A DNA stretch of 64,000 nucleotides, taken from NCBI GenBank assembly GCA_048270185.1, contig JBLWTJ010000003.1:32001-96000 (forward strand). The letters run 5' to 3'. The DNA is from Bacteriovoracaceae bacterium (GTDB lineage Bacteria > Bdellovibrionota > Bacteriovoracia > Bacteriovoracales > Bacteriovoracaceae). The notes under the pieces are model-generated. The model saw nothing but the letters and a program-made list of their open reading frames with translations, made no database searches and was not told where the DNA came from. Every line of letters begins with the position of its first letter. The stretch's first letter is position 1. The position numbers and the translations under genes are program-made. Positions 28,514-39,338 of the stretch are shown one piece after another.

Positions 28514-29842
28514 TTGGATCATTATTCCATCAATAAATTCGGAGAGTTTGCTGATCGCGCTGTTGAAGAAGCCTATCAACAAGATACTTGGGAAAAAGAT
28601 AATCACTACGTTAGAGCGTCGTATCTTATTTGCTGTATTTTACTGCTCTTTGCAGGGATATTTTCTGACTATCGACGATATTACTTCTTTGGCTCCGCTA
28701 ATATAATCACAGGACTGAGAGTTGGACTAGTCGCTTATGGCCTGTACTTCTACTTCATTTGGAAGAATAAGCAATACTCACTTAATACTGAAATTCATTT
28801 GTTAATGCTTAAAGTATATTCAGTTGCAATCATTGCATGCCTTACTCTTATGGTACAGGGGGAAAGCCAAACGCTTCTTGCTGGTATTATGATTATGACA
28901 ACCTCATTCTATGTCATGTTGCCAGGTGAGTTAAAAGGGACCATTCTATCCAGTTCATTATTGTTTATTATTTTTATTAGTGTTCCTTTTATGGCCAGTG
29001 TTGAGCCGGCTTTTTACTCATATAAAACCTTCATGCTTTTTTCTCTAAATATTGTTCTTGTTTTTTTTAAGACTATGTTTAACCGCGCCTCGAGATATAA
29101 TTACCTATCAAAAAAACATCTTGAAGAAATGAATAATGCAAAAGATGAGGTGATATCGACCATTGCTCATGATTTAAAGGGGCCTCTTCAAGTAATTATG
29201 TCATCGGCTCAACACGTTTCACATCGAGGTGAAGAGTTGTCACCTGAACGTATTATTAATTATCAAAAACGTATTCTAAAATCAGTAAAGAAAACAGATA
29301 ATCTACTTAGAGAATTATTGGCATGGGCCATCACAAGTAATGAAAGCCTTGGATACAATCCCAAGTGTTCAAATATCAAAGATACAATTGAGAATGCGAT
29401 TGAATTTGCTAATGAACTAGCTGAGACAAAGAATATTAAGATCAATATTTATATTCAAGATTGTATTTTAGATCATGATCAAAATATGGTTGAGACTTGT
29501 GTTCGAAATATTATTTCTAATGCTATTAAGTTTAGTCCTTCAGGGAAAAATATTAATATTTGTGGGACTATCGACAATGGGTATGAAATCGAGGTCACAG
29601 ATGAAGGAGAAGGGGTTCCAGACATTGTTTTAAGCGCTATTAAGAAAGGTCATAATTCAATGAGTATAAATGGTACTCATGGAGAAAAAGGCTCGGGCAT
29701 TGGTCTAAAACTTGTCCAATCTTTCTTACAGAAACATGATGCTGACCTCGTTATCGAAAATCTTCCAACAAGGGGCTCTCGTGTCGTTTTAAAATTTCCG
29801 CTACCTGATGAAGCAAGATTAGAACCGCAGTTAATAAATTAA
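28514..29842 (+). CDS. membrane sensor histidine kinase
   Basis: Multiple TM, IAHDLKGPL, RNIISNAIKF, DEGEG, GSGIGL. Confidence 0.9.
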   Translation: MDHYSINKFGEFADRAVEEAYQQDTWEKDNHYVRASYLICCILLLFAGIFSDYRRYYFFGSANIITGLRVGLVAYGLYFYFIWKNKQYSLNTEIHLLMLKVYSVAIIACLTLMVQGESQTLLAGIMIMTTSFYVMLPGELKGTILSSSLLFIIFISVPFMASVEPAFYSYKTFMLFSLNIVLVFFKTMFNRASRYNYLSKKHLEEMNNAKDEVISTIAHDLKGPLQVIMSSAQHVSHRGEELSPERIINYQKRILKSVKKTDNLLRELLAWAITSNESLGYNPKCSNIKDTIENAIEFANELAETKNIKINIYIQDCILDHDQNMVETCVRNIISNAIKFSPSGKNINICGTIDNGYEIEVTDEGEGVPDIVLSAIKKGHNSMSINGTHGEKGSGIGLKLVQSFLQKHDADLVIENLPTRGSRVVLKFPLPDEARLEPQLIN

Positions 29843-29919
29843 TTTTTCCTTTAGTATCTCTTAATCATATTTATTATTTATTTCTTCAACCTTCACCGAT
29901 ATTTGATTAAAATATCAGA

Positions 29920-31269
29920 ATGAGAATTACTATTGCAGGTGCTTCAGGATTTGTTGGGCAAAAACTAATTAATGAAATTGATTCATCTTTCAAGATACGT
30001 GCACTTGCTCGATCTGATGGCCGAAATGATTCAGAGCAGATTGAATGGCTAAAGTGTGATCTCTTCTCATATCAGAAAACAAAGAGTGCACTAAAAGATA
30101 CTGATATTGCAATTTTTCTTGTTCATTCAATGCTGCCATCTTCCAAGCTTTTTCAAGGTAATTTTCGTGATACTGATTTATTACTGGCCGATAACTTTGC
30201 ACGTTCCTGTGTTGATAATAATGTAAAACAAATCATTTACCTGGGAGGTCTTGTTCCTATTGGAGAAAGTAGTGAACACTTAAAGGCACGGTTAGAGGTA
30301 GAAGAGGTTTTTAGAGAGACAAAAATAGCTACAACAGTTCTAAGGGCCGGTATGGTTGTTGGAGATGGTGGAAGTTCATTTGAGATTCTTCGTAATCTTG
30401 TCAACAACCTACCGATGATGATCTTACCGAAGTGGACAAAGAGTAATACTCAACTCATTTATATTGATGACTTGATTAGAGTCTTGATTCATACACTTAA
30501 TAATGAAAATTTTTATAATCGAATAATAAATGTTGTTAATGGAGAAGATGTTACTTATGGACAGCTTATACGAAAAACAGCAAAGAGTTTAGAGTTCAAT
30601 CAACCAATGATAAGTGTCCCAATTAATTATTTGAAGTTATCAAAGTGGTGGGTTCATCTCTTTGGTCAAGCCCCTATGGAATTAGTATCACCGCTAATTG
30701 ATAGTTTAAAGTGCCATCTTCCTATCCTCGACATAGAAGAGGATATCGATGAGCTTGTAAAAGTTAGAACCTATGATGATATGCTAAAACGTTTAAGATT
30801 TGATAAACGTAAAAATCGTAGAAAATCAAATCATGAAGAGAGTAATGTTCGCTCTATTCAAAGACTTGCTAATATTAATCAATTACCTGTAAATGAAATT
30901 GCAAAAGAGTATATGGAGTGGTTACCGCGCTTCATTAAAAATATTATCCATGTTGAGCAAAGAGAAAACTATATTTATTTTAGAATGCTTCTTTTGAAGG
31001 CACCTCTTTTAAAACTAGAAAAAATAGAGAATCATTCTATCCTTGATCGCGTTAAATTCCATATTGTTGGTGGAATTTTAAGTAAAACGAGAGGGACAGG
31101 ATGGCTCGAGTTTAGAACGATTGCTAATCGGAAATATACAATTGTTTCAATCAATGACTTTGTTCCATCCTTGCCTTGGTATATTTATCGCTACACTCAA
31201 GCTCTTGTGCATCTGTATGTTATGAAGAGTTTTGATAAGCATTTGAATAGGGCTAGTTTAAAAAAATAA
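29920..31269 (+). CDS. NAD-dependent epimerase/dehydratase family (YbjT-like)
   Basis: AGASGFVG, FLVHSM, IIYLGGL, LRAGMVVG.GGSSF. Confidence 0.8.
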   Translation: MRITIAGASGFVGQKLINEIDSSFKIRALARSDGRNDSEQIEWLKCDLFSYQKTKSALKDTDIAIFLVHSMLPSSKLFQGNFRDTDLLLADNFARSCVDNNVKQIIYLGGLVPIGESSEHLKARLEVEEVFRETKIATTVLRAGMVVGDGGSSFEILRNLVNNLPMMILPKWTKSNTQLIYIDDLIRVLIHTLNNENFYNRIINVVNGEDVTYGQLIRKTAKSLEFNQPMISVPINYLKLSKWWVHLFGQAPMELVSPLIDSLKCHLPILDIEEDIDELVKVRTYDDMLKRLRFDKRKNRRKSNHEESNVRSIQRLANINQLPVNEIAKEYMEWLPRFIKNIIHVEQRENYIYFRMLLLKAPLLKLEKIENHSILDRVKFHIVGGILSKTRGTGWLEFRTIANRKYTIVSINDFVPSLPWYIYRYTQALVHLYVMKSFDKHLNRASLKK

Positions 31270-31867
31270 ATGTAGGTGCGTTTGAAGTAATGCTGACTTT
31301 TCCTGTCGCTTCATTAGATAGGGTATAGCTAGAAAGAGGCTTGATCTTCGTCGCTTTATCGATTGGATACTTACATTCTCCCTTAATTGTGATTTCTACT
31401 TCTTCAAAAGCAATGACTGTGAAGTTTGAGTGATATGTGAAACAAAATTGACCTTGAGAGAAAACGAGAACTTTATCATCAAAGTTACAGGTAACCTGAT
31501 TTTTACACCCTTTAAGATAATAGTGTAGTTCTCCAAAAGTAGTTAATTGATGGTCAAGTCGTTCGCCAATTAATCCATAAAGATTTATATGCTTGATAGA
31601 GGCTGGAACCATCGTCAAAGCAGATGAGAAGTCATTGAAATCCTTTTCCTTATCTAGTTTTATATCGATATCTTCAGGATTAGTGACAGAGTCTCCATCT
31701 CCAATTGATATCGTAGCAGATAGAGAAGAAATTGACTTCTTATGCCTCAAACCACCATCGACGAAAATTGTCGCCAAATTATCGATCTCACTTTCAAAAT
31801 TGAGAGGACCTATAATATTTAGATTTTCTTCTTCTTTTAAAATTTTGATAAATTCATCATATTTCAT
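31253..31867 (-). CDS. thiN: thiamine pyrophosphokinase-like
   Basis: VDGG, GDGDS, EKDFNDF, G.RLDH, TLSNE. Confidence 0.75.
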   Translation of the reverse strand: MKYDEFIKILKEEENLNIIGPLNFESEIDNLATIFVDGGLRHKKSISSLSATISIGDGDSVTNPEDIDIKLDKEKDFNDFSSALTMVPASIKHINLYGLIGERLDHQLTTFGELHYYLKGCKNQVTCNFDDKVLVFSQGQFCFTYHSNFTVIAFEEVEITIKGECKYPIDKATKIKPLSSYTLSNEATGKVSITSNAPTFIFLN

Positions 31868-31918
31868 AACGACCTACTTTTATGTATAATTTAAGCTAAT
31901 CATAATGGAGAAGCAAAT

Positions 31919-32290
31919 ATGCATATTAATTTTGATGTTAATTCACCAGTAGGGGAATTGATTAAATTTGAGGACTTTCTAAATGTTGATATAAGAATTG
32001 GCCAAATTATTGAAGTCGATGATTTTCCAAAAGCACGTAATCCTAGCTATAGATTGAAGATTGATTTTGGCCCAGGTGTTGGTGTGAAGAAGTCTTGCGC
32101 TCAACTCACTGGCCACTACACAAAAGATGGCCTTATTAATAAGAAGGTGCTTGCTGTTGTTAACTTCCCGCCCAGACAGATCGCTAATGCTATCTCTGAG
32201 GTCTTAGTACTTGGTCTCTCTGATCAAAATAAAGATGTTGTCTTATTTGAGCTTGATCACAGTGTGGAAAATGGTGCACGCCTCCATTAA
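31919..32290 (+). CDS. csaA: CsaA tRNA-binding/export chaperone
   Basis: VDIRIG, FPKARNP, KKSCAQ, VVNFPPRQIA..SEVLVLG. Confidence 0.88.
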   Translation: MHINFDVNSPVGELIKFEDFLNVDIRIGQIIEVDDFPKARNPSYRLKIDFGPGVGVKKSCAQLTGHYTKDGLINKKVLAVVNFPPRQIANAISEVLVLGLSDQNKDVVLFELDHSVENGARLH

Positions 32291-32382
32291 ATAATGTGAT
32301 TTTAGATGCTTACAGATGTTTTAATATCTGTAATTACTATTTTTTCAATACTTTCAATCAAATAAATGTTATCTATTAAGTA

Positions 32383-34284
32383 ATGGCTTTTACTCGTATC
32401 TTCATATCTTTAATTTTTTCTCTACTGCTCCTATGTGGGAGTTCAGCTAGTGCCCACGCGTCTAAGAAGAGAGAGAGTCTTCTTATTCTTCATTCTTATT
32501 CGAGGGATAGTGTTTGGACGGATATTCTCGATCGCTCAATTAAAAAAGAGTTTGATAAATTAGGTCATCATTTTTCATTCTATACTGAGTATATGGACTC
32601 CAAAAGATTCTTCAATAAGGAATACCAGTTAAAATTTACAAATCTATTAAAGATGAAATATTCAGATAAAGAACTGAAGTTGATAATAACTACAGATGAT
32701 AACGCTTTTAACTTTGTAATGGCCCATCGTCGTACTATCTTCAAAAATCCACCACTTATTTTTACAGGAGTAAATGGTTACGGCGAAGAAGAGAAGAGGA
32801 AATATCAATCAGAAAAGAACTTCTCTGGATTAGTTGAAAAATTTAAAATTAAAGAAACTGTAGAGATGGGACTAAAGCTGCATCCAAAAGCAAAAAAAAT
32901 TTATGTCATCAATACAAAGCATACAACCTCCGGCATTGCGTTAAGGAAATCGTTTGAAAAAGCATTTAATCAATTAAACCTTGAGCAAGAAGTAATTTAC
33001 CTCGAGGACTATAATATAAAAGATCTCTATCTTAAGGTTTCCCTACTTGAGAAAGATTCCTTTGCAATATTTGGTGCGTACTCAAGAGATAAGTCAGGCA
33101 CATTCTTAAATTTTGAAAAGAATTTAAAAGAGATCGCAAAACAATCTTCAATTCCTATATATGGTTTTCTTGAGTACTACCTACCTTATGGACTAACTGG
33201 TGGCTACTTTACTAGTGGCAAGGTCTATGGAAGAGAAGCTGCGAGACTCGCTGTTAAGTACTTAGATGGAACTGACTTTAAAGATATACCTATTGTTGAA
33301 GATGTCGAAAGCCCAATCCTATTTGAATACAATATGCTAAACCGTTTTGATATTGATATCAGTAAAATTCCGGCAGACGCTCGTATTATCAATCAAAACT
33401 CTCGGATTATTGATTTATACAATAAATTCACCTTCGAATTCTGGGTTGTACTCTTTTCATTCATCTGTTTAATCGTAAGTCTTATTGTTCTCTATTATCA
33501 TTTTGAACAACAAAAGATTCATAAAAAAGCAATTTTACGTATTAATGAAAAGCTTGAAGAAAGAGTTGAAAAAAGAACTCGTCAATTGATCGAACAACAA
33601 GCAAAACTTATAAACTCTGCAAAGCTTGCTTCAATAGGTGAGATGGCAAGTGGTATTGCACACGAAATTAATAACCCACTAACAGTCATTAAGCTAAGTG
33701 CATATCGAATGATTCAGATTGCTGATAATGAAATAGTAAAAAAATCTGCCGAAAAAATTAATGATACGGTTGAGAGAATTTCAAAGATTATTGTCGGCCT
33801 TAAGCAACTAGCTAAAGAGGATGGTATTTTAACTAAGGATCAAATAAATATTAGAGATTCAATCGATGATGTTATTTCGATCTGTCAGGCAAGATTTAGA
33901 GAAAATGAAATTGATTTTTTAATCGATGTAAATAATGACTTGAAGGTAAATGGTGCTTCAATTCAAATATCACAGGTTATTCTAAATCTTTTAAATAATA
34001 GTTTTGATGAGATAAGTGTTAAAGAAGGTCCTCGTTGGATCAAGCTTGAAGGAAAGAAATCTGATGATTTTATTGAAATATCTGTAACTGACTCAGGAAA
34101 GGGGATTAGTGAAGAGATTTACGATAAAATTATGGAGCCATTTTTTACCACTAAGATTGATCGACGTGGTACTGGTCTGGGTTTAAGTATTTGTAAAAAT
34201 ATAATTGAACATCATCGTGGCCGTTTATTTGTTGACCGTGAAAGTCCTAATACAAAGTTCGTTATCCAATTACCTGTTGGATAA
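32383..34284 (+). CDS. sensor histidine kinase with periplasmic substrate-binding-like domain
   Basis: ILHSY, EYMDSKRF, GEMASGIAHEINNPL, NLLNNS, GTGLGL. Confidence 0.9.
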   Translation: MAFTRIFISLIFSLLLLCGSSASAHASKKRESLLILHSYSRDSVWTDILDRSIKKEFDKLGHHFSFYTEYMDSKRFFNKEYQLKFTNLLKMKYSDKELKLIITTDDNAFNFVMAHRRTIFKNPPLIFTGVNGYGEEEKRKYQSEKNFSGLVEKFKIKETVEMGLKLHPKAKKIYVINTKHTTSGIALRKSFEKAFNQLNLEQEVIYLEDYNIKDLYLKVSLLEKDSFAIFGAYSRDKSGTFLNFEKNLKEIAKQSSIPIYGFLEYYLPYGLTGGYFTSGKVYGREAARLAVKYLDGTDFKDIPIVEDVESPILFEYNMLNRFDIDISKIPADARIINQNSRIIDLYNKFTFEFWVVLFSFICLIVSLIVLYYHFEQQKIHKKAILRINEKLEERVEKRTRQLIEQQAKLINSAKLASIGEMASGIAHEINNPLTVIKLSAYRMIQIADNEIVKKSAEKINDTVERISKIIVGLKQLAKEDGILTKDQINIRDSIDDVISICQARFRENEIDFLIDVNNDLKVNGASIQISQVILNLLNNSFDEISVKEGPRWIKLEGKKSDDFIEISVTDSGKGISEEIYDKIMEPFFTTKIDRRGTGLGLSICKNIIEHHRGRLFVDRESPNTKFVIQLPVG

Positions 34285-34311
34285 CCAAATAGAGGAAAGT
34301 TGATTTAGTTT

Positions 34312-36231
34312 ATGAAAAGTTTTAGGGAACTACTTCATATATTAAAGATTATTTGTGTTTTCGTGGTAATCGCGCCTTGCCTTTATGCGTATGAAGACTT
34401 TGATATTGTCATTCTTCACTCATATGAAAAAGGGAATACTTGGACTGACAGAATTGACGAAACGTTTAAGAAATCCCTCGAGCCAGGACAGCATTCAACT
34501 GTATTTTATTCTGAGTATATGGATTCAAAGCGATTCTTTGGGCCAGACTATGATCAAAGTCTATTAGAGATTTATCATGAAAAATTTAAAGATAAAGTAA
34601 TTGATCTAGTTATTACTAGTGATGATTATGCTTTCGATTTTGCAATAAAGTATCGTCATGAAATCTTTAATAATGCACCAATCATTTTTAGTGGAGTCAA
34701 TGGCTATAATAAAGAGAAAGAAGAGCTCTTGAAGAAGGAAGGAAACTTTACAGGTGTTGTTGAAACTTTTGATATTGTTGAAACAATAAACTTGGCCCTT
34801 GATATTCACCCTAAAGCAAAAAAGCTTTATATTATCAACACAAAGTATACTCCCTCAGGTCGCTATCTTAAGAGACAATTTGAGGACGCCCTAAAGACAT
34901 TAAGATTAAATATCCCTGTCGAATTCATTGAGAGTTATGACATGGAGGAAGTCTATGATATATCGACGACATTTGAGAAAGATTCGATTGTCATTTTTGG
35001 AGCCTATGCACGAGATCGATCAGGGAACTACTATACTTTCGAAGAAAATATGAGAAAGTTAAGTGAACATTCTACTCGACCGATCTACGGTTTTCTTGGT
35101 TTCTACATGGGGAATGGATTGACTGGGGGATACCTGACAAATGGGTATATTCATGGCGGAGAGATTGCTCGTATGGCCAATGAGTATCTTCGAGGAAAAA
35201 AGATTTCAGAAATTCCTGTTGTTAAAAAATCGATTAATCAGTTAGTTTTCGATTATGATAAATTAAAGCGTTACGATATTGACCTATGGAAAGTTATTTT
35301 TAAATCTACAATTATTAGTAAGGATAATAAGTTCTTTTATATACTACAACATTATAAAGTTGAATTAATTATTCTCGTCTCTAGTTTCTTATGCCTTATT
35401 ATATGCTTTTTGGTTTTACTATACTTTTTTGAAGAGCAAAAAAGATATCGAGAAAATCTTGAAGAGGAGAACGAGCTCCTCGAAGATAGAGTTAACGAGA
35501 GAACTATTCAGCTTGTCCAACAACAGTCTAAGTTAATAAACACTGCTCGTTTGGCGTCTCTTGGGGAGATGGCAAGTGGTATTGCTCATGAAATCAACAA
35601 TCCTCTAGCTATTATTGAACTTAGTGCAACACGAATTATACAGCGCTCCTCTGATGCAAAAGTAAAGTCTTTTGCTGAACGTGCCTCCGCCACGACAACT
35701 CGTATTTCAAAAATAATTAGAGGATTAAAGAATTTATCAAAGAATGGTGACAAGGGAAGTTTTAAAAAATTCGCAGTTGTCGATATGATTGAAGATATAT
35801 CTTCAATCTGTTCTGAGAGGTTTCGTGATAATTATATAAAGCTGGAGATTAACCTTAATGACAACCTTGTCGCCTTTGGCTCAGTCATTCAAATTTCCCA
35901 AGTATTGTTAAATCTTTTAAATAATGCATTCGACGAGCTCAATACTCTTGAAGAAGGAAGAGAGAGAAAGGTTATTCTGGACTCAGGGGAGGTTGAAATC
36001 GATGGCCAACCTTATATTCAATTAAGTGTTACCGATACTGGAAATGGAATTAGTGAAGAGATTCGTCAGCAGATTATGGAACCATTCTTTACAACTAAGG
36101 TAAAACTAAGAGGAACTGGTTTAGGATTAAGTATTTGTCAAAATATTGTTGAACAGCATAAGGGGAATTTCTTCTTAGATGAAGATTATCCCCAAACACG
36201 CTTCGTTATTCAAATCCCAAAAATGTCTTAA
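34312..36231 (+). CDS. sensor histidine kinase, tandem paralog of the preceding gene
   Basis: Same architecture and motifs (ILHSY, EYMDSKRF, GEMASGIAHEINNPL, EPFFTTK). Confidence 0.9.
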   Translation: MKSFRELLHILKIICVFVVIAPCLYAYEDFDIVILHSYEKGNTWTDRIDETFKKSLEPGQHSTVFYSEYMDSKRFFGPDYDQSLLEIYHEKFKDKVIDLVITSDDYAFDFAIKYRHEIFNNAPIIFSGVNGYNKEKEELLKKEGNFTGVVETFDIVETINLALDIHPKAKKLYIINTKYTPSGRYLKRQFEDALKTLRLNIPVEFIESYDMEEVYDISTTFEKDSIVIFGAYARDRSGNYYTFEENMRKLSEHSTRPIYGFLGFYMGNGLTGGYLTNGYIHGGEIARMANEYLRGKKISEIPVVKKSINQLVFDYDKLKRYDIDLWKVIFKSTIISKDNKFFYILQHYKVELIILVSSFLCLIICFLVLLYFFEEQKRYRENLEEENELLEDRVNERTIQLVQQQSKLINTARLASLGEMASGIAHEINNPLAIIELSATRIIQRSSDAKVKSFAERASATTTRISKIIRGLKNLSKNGDKGSFKKFAVVDMIEDISSICSERFRDNYIKLEINLNDNLVAFGSVIQISQVLLNLLNNAFDELNTLEEGRERKVILDSGEVEIDGQPYIQLSVTDTGNGISEEIRQQIMEPFFTTKVKLRGTGLGLSICQNIVEQHKGNFFLDEDYPQTRFVIQIPKMS

Positions 36232-36735
36232 TTAAGGTGCTCTTCTGTCAAAGACAGCTCTAACTTGAGGGCCTCTACATACTTCATTCTCTTCGTTTAT
36301 GACATCGATAGCGATGTAGCGAGTTCCTCTTTTTGAAGCATAGTATGGTGTTGATTTCAGTCTCTCTCTTAAGAATTGCTGATTGGCCAGACAACTTTCT
36401 CCAGTGCCTGAGCTTTTATCAAGTGTATAGTCTAGCTCAAGTGTACGAGTTTCTCTGGCTCGGTTAAAGAAAAGTCCATAAATACACTCTTCTCCAACTT
36501 CTGTTGTCCATGACGCTTCAACGCTAAAAGTATTTAAGTGCTTATCAGCTGTTAATATGTAGAAGTTGATTCCTCTTTCTTTATATTCTGATGGTGCTTG
36601 TGTATAGCCTTTAAAAAACTTCCCACAGTCATAACCGACACCCTTTACTCGGTAAGTTGTTCCCGCAGGAAGTTTCCACTCTTGAGAAAAGACAGAAGTA
36701 CCAAGCAGTACCATAAGTAAGATTAACTTTTTCAT
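36232..36735 (-). CDS. secreted four-Cys hypothetical protein, last gene of the imelysin operon
   Basis: AGGAG RBS, signal peptide, start overlaps the upstream stop; aligns by eye with 62434-62955. Confidence 0.8.
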   Translation of the reverse strand: MKKLILLMVLLGTSVFSQEWKLPAGTTYRVKGVGYDCGKFFKGYTQAPSEYKERGINFYILTADKHLNTFSVEASWTTEVGEECIYGLFFNRARETRTLELDYTLDKSSGTGESCLANQQFLRERLKSTPYYASKRGTRYIAIDVINEENEVCRGPQVRAVFDRRAP

Positions 36736-38120
36736 TATAGACTCCTTAAAAAAGCAATTAAATCTTGTCGCTCTTTCTTTGTTAGTTTTAAAAAATTATC
36801 TTTTGATTTTTGCGCTTCTCCTCCATGCCAGAGAATGGCCTCTTGGATTCCATTTGCTCGTCCGTCATGAAGTAATCTTGTATGGCCATTAACTGTTTGA
36901 AGTAGTCCTAGCCCCCAGAGTGGAGGAGTTCTCCATTCTCTTGTATTGGCCTCTTCTTCATTTCGATAGGCCTTAACATCGTCAGCAAGCGCTTCTCCCA
37001 TATCGTGAAGGAGCATATCTGTATAAGGATATATTTTTTGATTGTTTAATACTTTGAATTGTGAATTACTACCTGTTGTATAACTTGGTGTGTGACAAGA
37101 CTGACAATTTATCTGATGAAAGACCTTCTTTCCATTTATTACTTGTGGTTTATCAAGGTCTCTTCTTTGTGGTACAGAAAGAAGTTGCGTGTACATTGTG
37201 ACTCGTTCAAGAAGATCTTTTGAAATATCCTCTCTTGTTTTATTTTCAATACAGTCTAGCTGGACGTAACTACACTCTTCATCTGGAAAAATATAACTAG
37301 TTATCCCTAGATCGCCATTGAAGGCCGCTGCATTTTGTTCGAGAAGGCTAGGACGTCCTGCCTTCCAACCAAAGCGCCCTAGAGTTTTCTTTTGCTTAAT
37401 AATTGAAAACACAAAATTTGGCCGACCAGAAATTCCATCTTGGTTCTTATCGTCTGGGTCTGCATTTGCAATGATTACTTCTGCTGGAATGTTTTCAAGT
37501 AGTCCAAGGCCTATCATTTGTGGGCCAACTCTTGGGGAGATAATTGTATTATCTCCAAAATTCCCGGCCGTAAGTTTTCTGAAGATATAATTAGGTTTCT
37601 TTAAAGTATATTCCTCTCCGTCAGAAAACTTACCATTGATATCTTCGAACTTAACAAAGGTTCGTCCTTCGCCCTGTACGCCTTCAATGCTATGAGGTTG
37701 AAATTGACCACCATATCTTTCATGATTAACAATTTCACCATTCTCTTTTACCTGTTTTAAGCGAAATAGAAGAGAGATATCAACTTCACCGTCACTGTCA
37801 GGCAAGCCTCGACCACGGCCATCACGTAGGTGACAAGCAGTACATGAAGTTGCGTTAAAGAGCGGGCCTAAACCATCTCTTAATGGAGTTGAGGATGGAG
37901 CAGTTACCCATGCGCCTTTAAAGAAGCTATTGCCAACTTGAAATTGACGGCGCCTAAGTCCTCGTGTTCCACTCATTGGGTGTGAGAAGGCGTTAACTGA
38001 AAAGTCCAGTGTAGTCCCGGCGCCGGCCGGGAACTGTTCACTGGAATATGTATTGATACTTAAAAAAATAAGGACCAATACATTTATGAGTTTGAATAGA
38101 TTACCATTGTACTGGCGCAT
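36735..38120 (-). CDS. di-haem oxidoreductase family (DHOR/DUF1111)
   Basis: DGLGPLFN..SCTACH, GRFGWKA, CQSCH, YTD.LLHDMG, EWRTPPLWG, LLHDGRA. Confidence 0.92.
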   Translation of the reverse strand: MRQYNGNLFKLINVLVLIFLSINTYSSEQFPAGAGTTLDFSVNAFSHPMSGTRGLRRRQFQVGNSFFKGAWVTAPSSTPLRDGLGPLFNATSCTACHLRDGRGRGLPDSDGEVDISLLFRLKQVKENGEIVNHERYGGQFQPHSIEGVQGEGRTFVKFEDINGKFSDGEEYTLKKPNYIFRKLTAGNFGDNTIISPRVGPQMIGLGLLENIPAEVIIANADPDDKNQDGISGRPNFVFSIIKQKKTLGRFGWKAGRPSLLEQNAAAFNGDLGITSYIFPDEECSYVQLDCIENKTREDISKDLLERVTMYTQLLSVPQRRDLDKPQVINGKKVFHQINCQSCHTPSYTTGSNSQFKVLNNQKIYPYTDMLLHDMGEALADDVKAYRNEEEANTREWRTPPLWGLGLLQTVNGHTRLLHDGRANGIQEAILWHGGEAQKSKDNFLKLTKKERQDLIAFLRSL

Positions 38121-39189
38121 CTAGCTCCTTAGAAGCCTCGACTAGGTCTTCTGTTAGTGCTTCCATTTCTTCAATTGAAGAAAGGATGTCAGCTCTTGCT
38201 CCTTCGTTTAAGATCGCTTGGTCAAATGGCACAGGAAGTCCTGCAAGCATTGCATTGATCTTAGTAACTTTCGAAGTGATATTATTTGAAAGAATTGTGT
38301 TATCTAAAAGATTGAGGACACCTGTCGCATTTAAGATATTTGAAATCCCCCAGAAGTTCCACTGAATATCCATATGAGTCATGTCTGAAAAACACGAGTG
38401 CTCATCTTCTTGTCCCATTGTTTCATATGCAACGTACATTCTTTCTCCTGAAAGCTCATCGCCGGCCATGAAGATCATTCCTGATAGAATATTATGAAGT
38501 GCTTCTTTCTTATCTTTAGTTTCGAATGCTCTTCTATAGTTGTCTTGGCCAGGGGCCCATGCATCAACTAATTGGCCAAGGTGATCAATTAATAAATCTG
38601 TCACAACTGAAAGGTATTGCGCACGTCTTAGTGCATTCTTTCCTGTTCCTACAACATAGTCAGTGTATGGCCTCTCTCCTGGTCCAAGCTCTGAGAGGTC
38701 TTGCCCCCAAAGTAGGAACTCAATAGCATGGTAACCTGTTGAGATATTCTTCTCGCCATCTAACTCATTCAAAGACTCAAGAAGTTCTTTTGTGATGACT
38801 GGATAAGCTTGAGAATTATTTACGATACCTGCATCTTCGCTACCCACAACATAATCAATATATGCTTCATCAAGTGGCCATGCATTTAATAGGCCTTCTG
38901 GCCCTTCGTCATTATCAATTGGACCATTGTAGAATCTGAATACTTCAGACTGGCCGTAAGGAGCTCGCGCTTCTTTCCATGATTCTCTGGCCATCTCAAG
39001 TGACATAACTCCAGGGTTGGCGATAAAGAATTCGATATCACCTTGAAGAGTTTGAGCTTTCTCAAGAGATTCAGAGTAAGTTTTGTAAACTAGGTTAGTG
39101 TAGCCCTGAATACTCTGTTCTAGAGTAGTAGAGGCCGAAACACTCAGACCTAAAAGTAATGAAATCAGTAACATAGACTTTTTAATCAT
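38101..39189 (-). CDS. imelysin / iron-regulated protein A family
   Basis: LNAWPLDE, TGYHAIEFLLWGQD, EDEHSCFSD; start placed at ATG 39189 after an AAGGA RBS. Confidence 0.9.
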   Translation of the reverse strand: MIKKSMLLISLLLGLSVSASTTLEQSIQGYTNLVYKTYSESLEKAQTLQGDIEFFIANPGVMSLEMARESWKEARAPYGQSEVFRFYNGPIDNDEGPEGLLNAWPLDEAYIDYVVGSEDAGIVNNSQAYPVITKELLESLNELDGEKNISTGYHAIEFLLWGQDLSELGPGERPYTDYVVGTGKNALRRAQYLSVVTDLLIDHLGQLVDAWAPGQDNYRRAFETKDKKEALHNILSGMIFMAGDELSGERMYVAYETMGQEDEHSCFSDMTHMDIQWNFWGISNILNATGVLNLLDNTILSNNITSKVTKINAMLAGLPVPFDQAILNEGARADILSSIEEMEALTEDLVEASKELDAPVQW

Positions 39190-39236
39190 ATCTTTCCTTT
39201 GGTTGGTTAAATTATTAATTGCATATGCAAACAAGG

Positions 39237-39252
39237 GTTTGATACCTCAAAC
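39237..39252. promoter_or_regulatory. palindrome GTTTGA-N4-TCAAAC upstream of the imelysin operon
   Basis: GTTTGAtaccTCAAAC; identical arms recur at 62362-62377. Confidence 0.55.
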
Positions 39253-39338
39253 ATCGTGTGATTGCAATGATCAATTTCATTTTTTACTTTTGTTCACTCT
39301 AAATAGACTTCGCTTAGCTTGAATGCTTTAATTACTTA

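Noticed and set aside
39258..39284. Possible Fur box upstream of imelysin
   Set aside because: Only a partial match to the consensus in AT-rich DNA; cannot be supported by eye, though not excluded.
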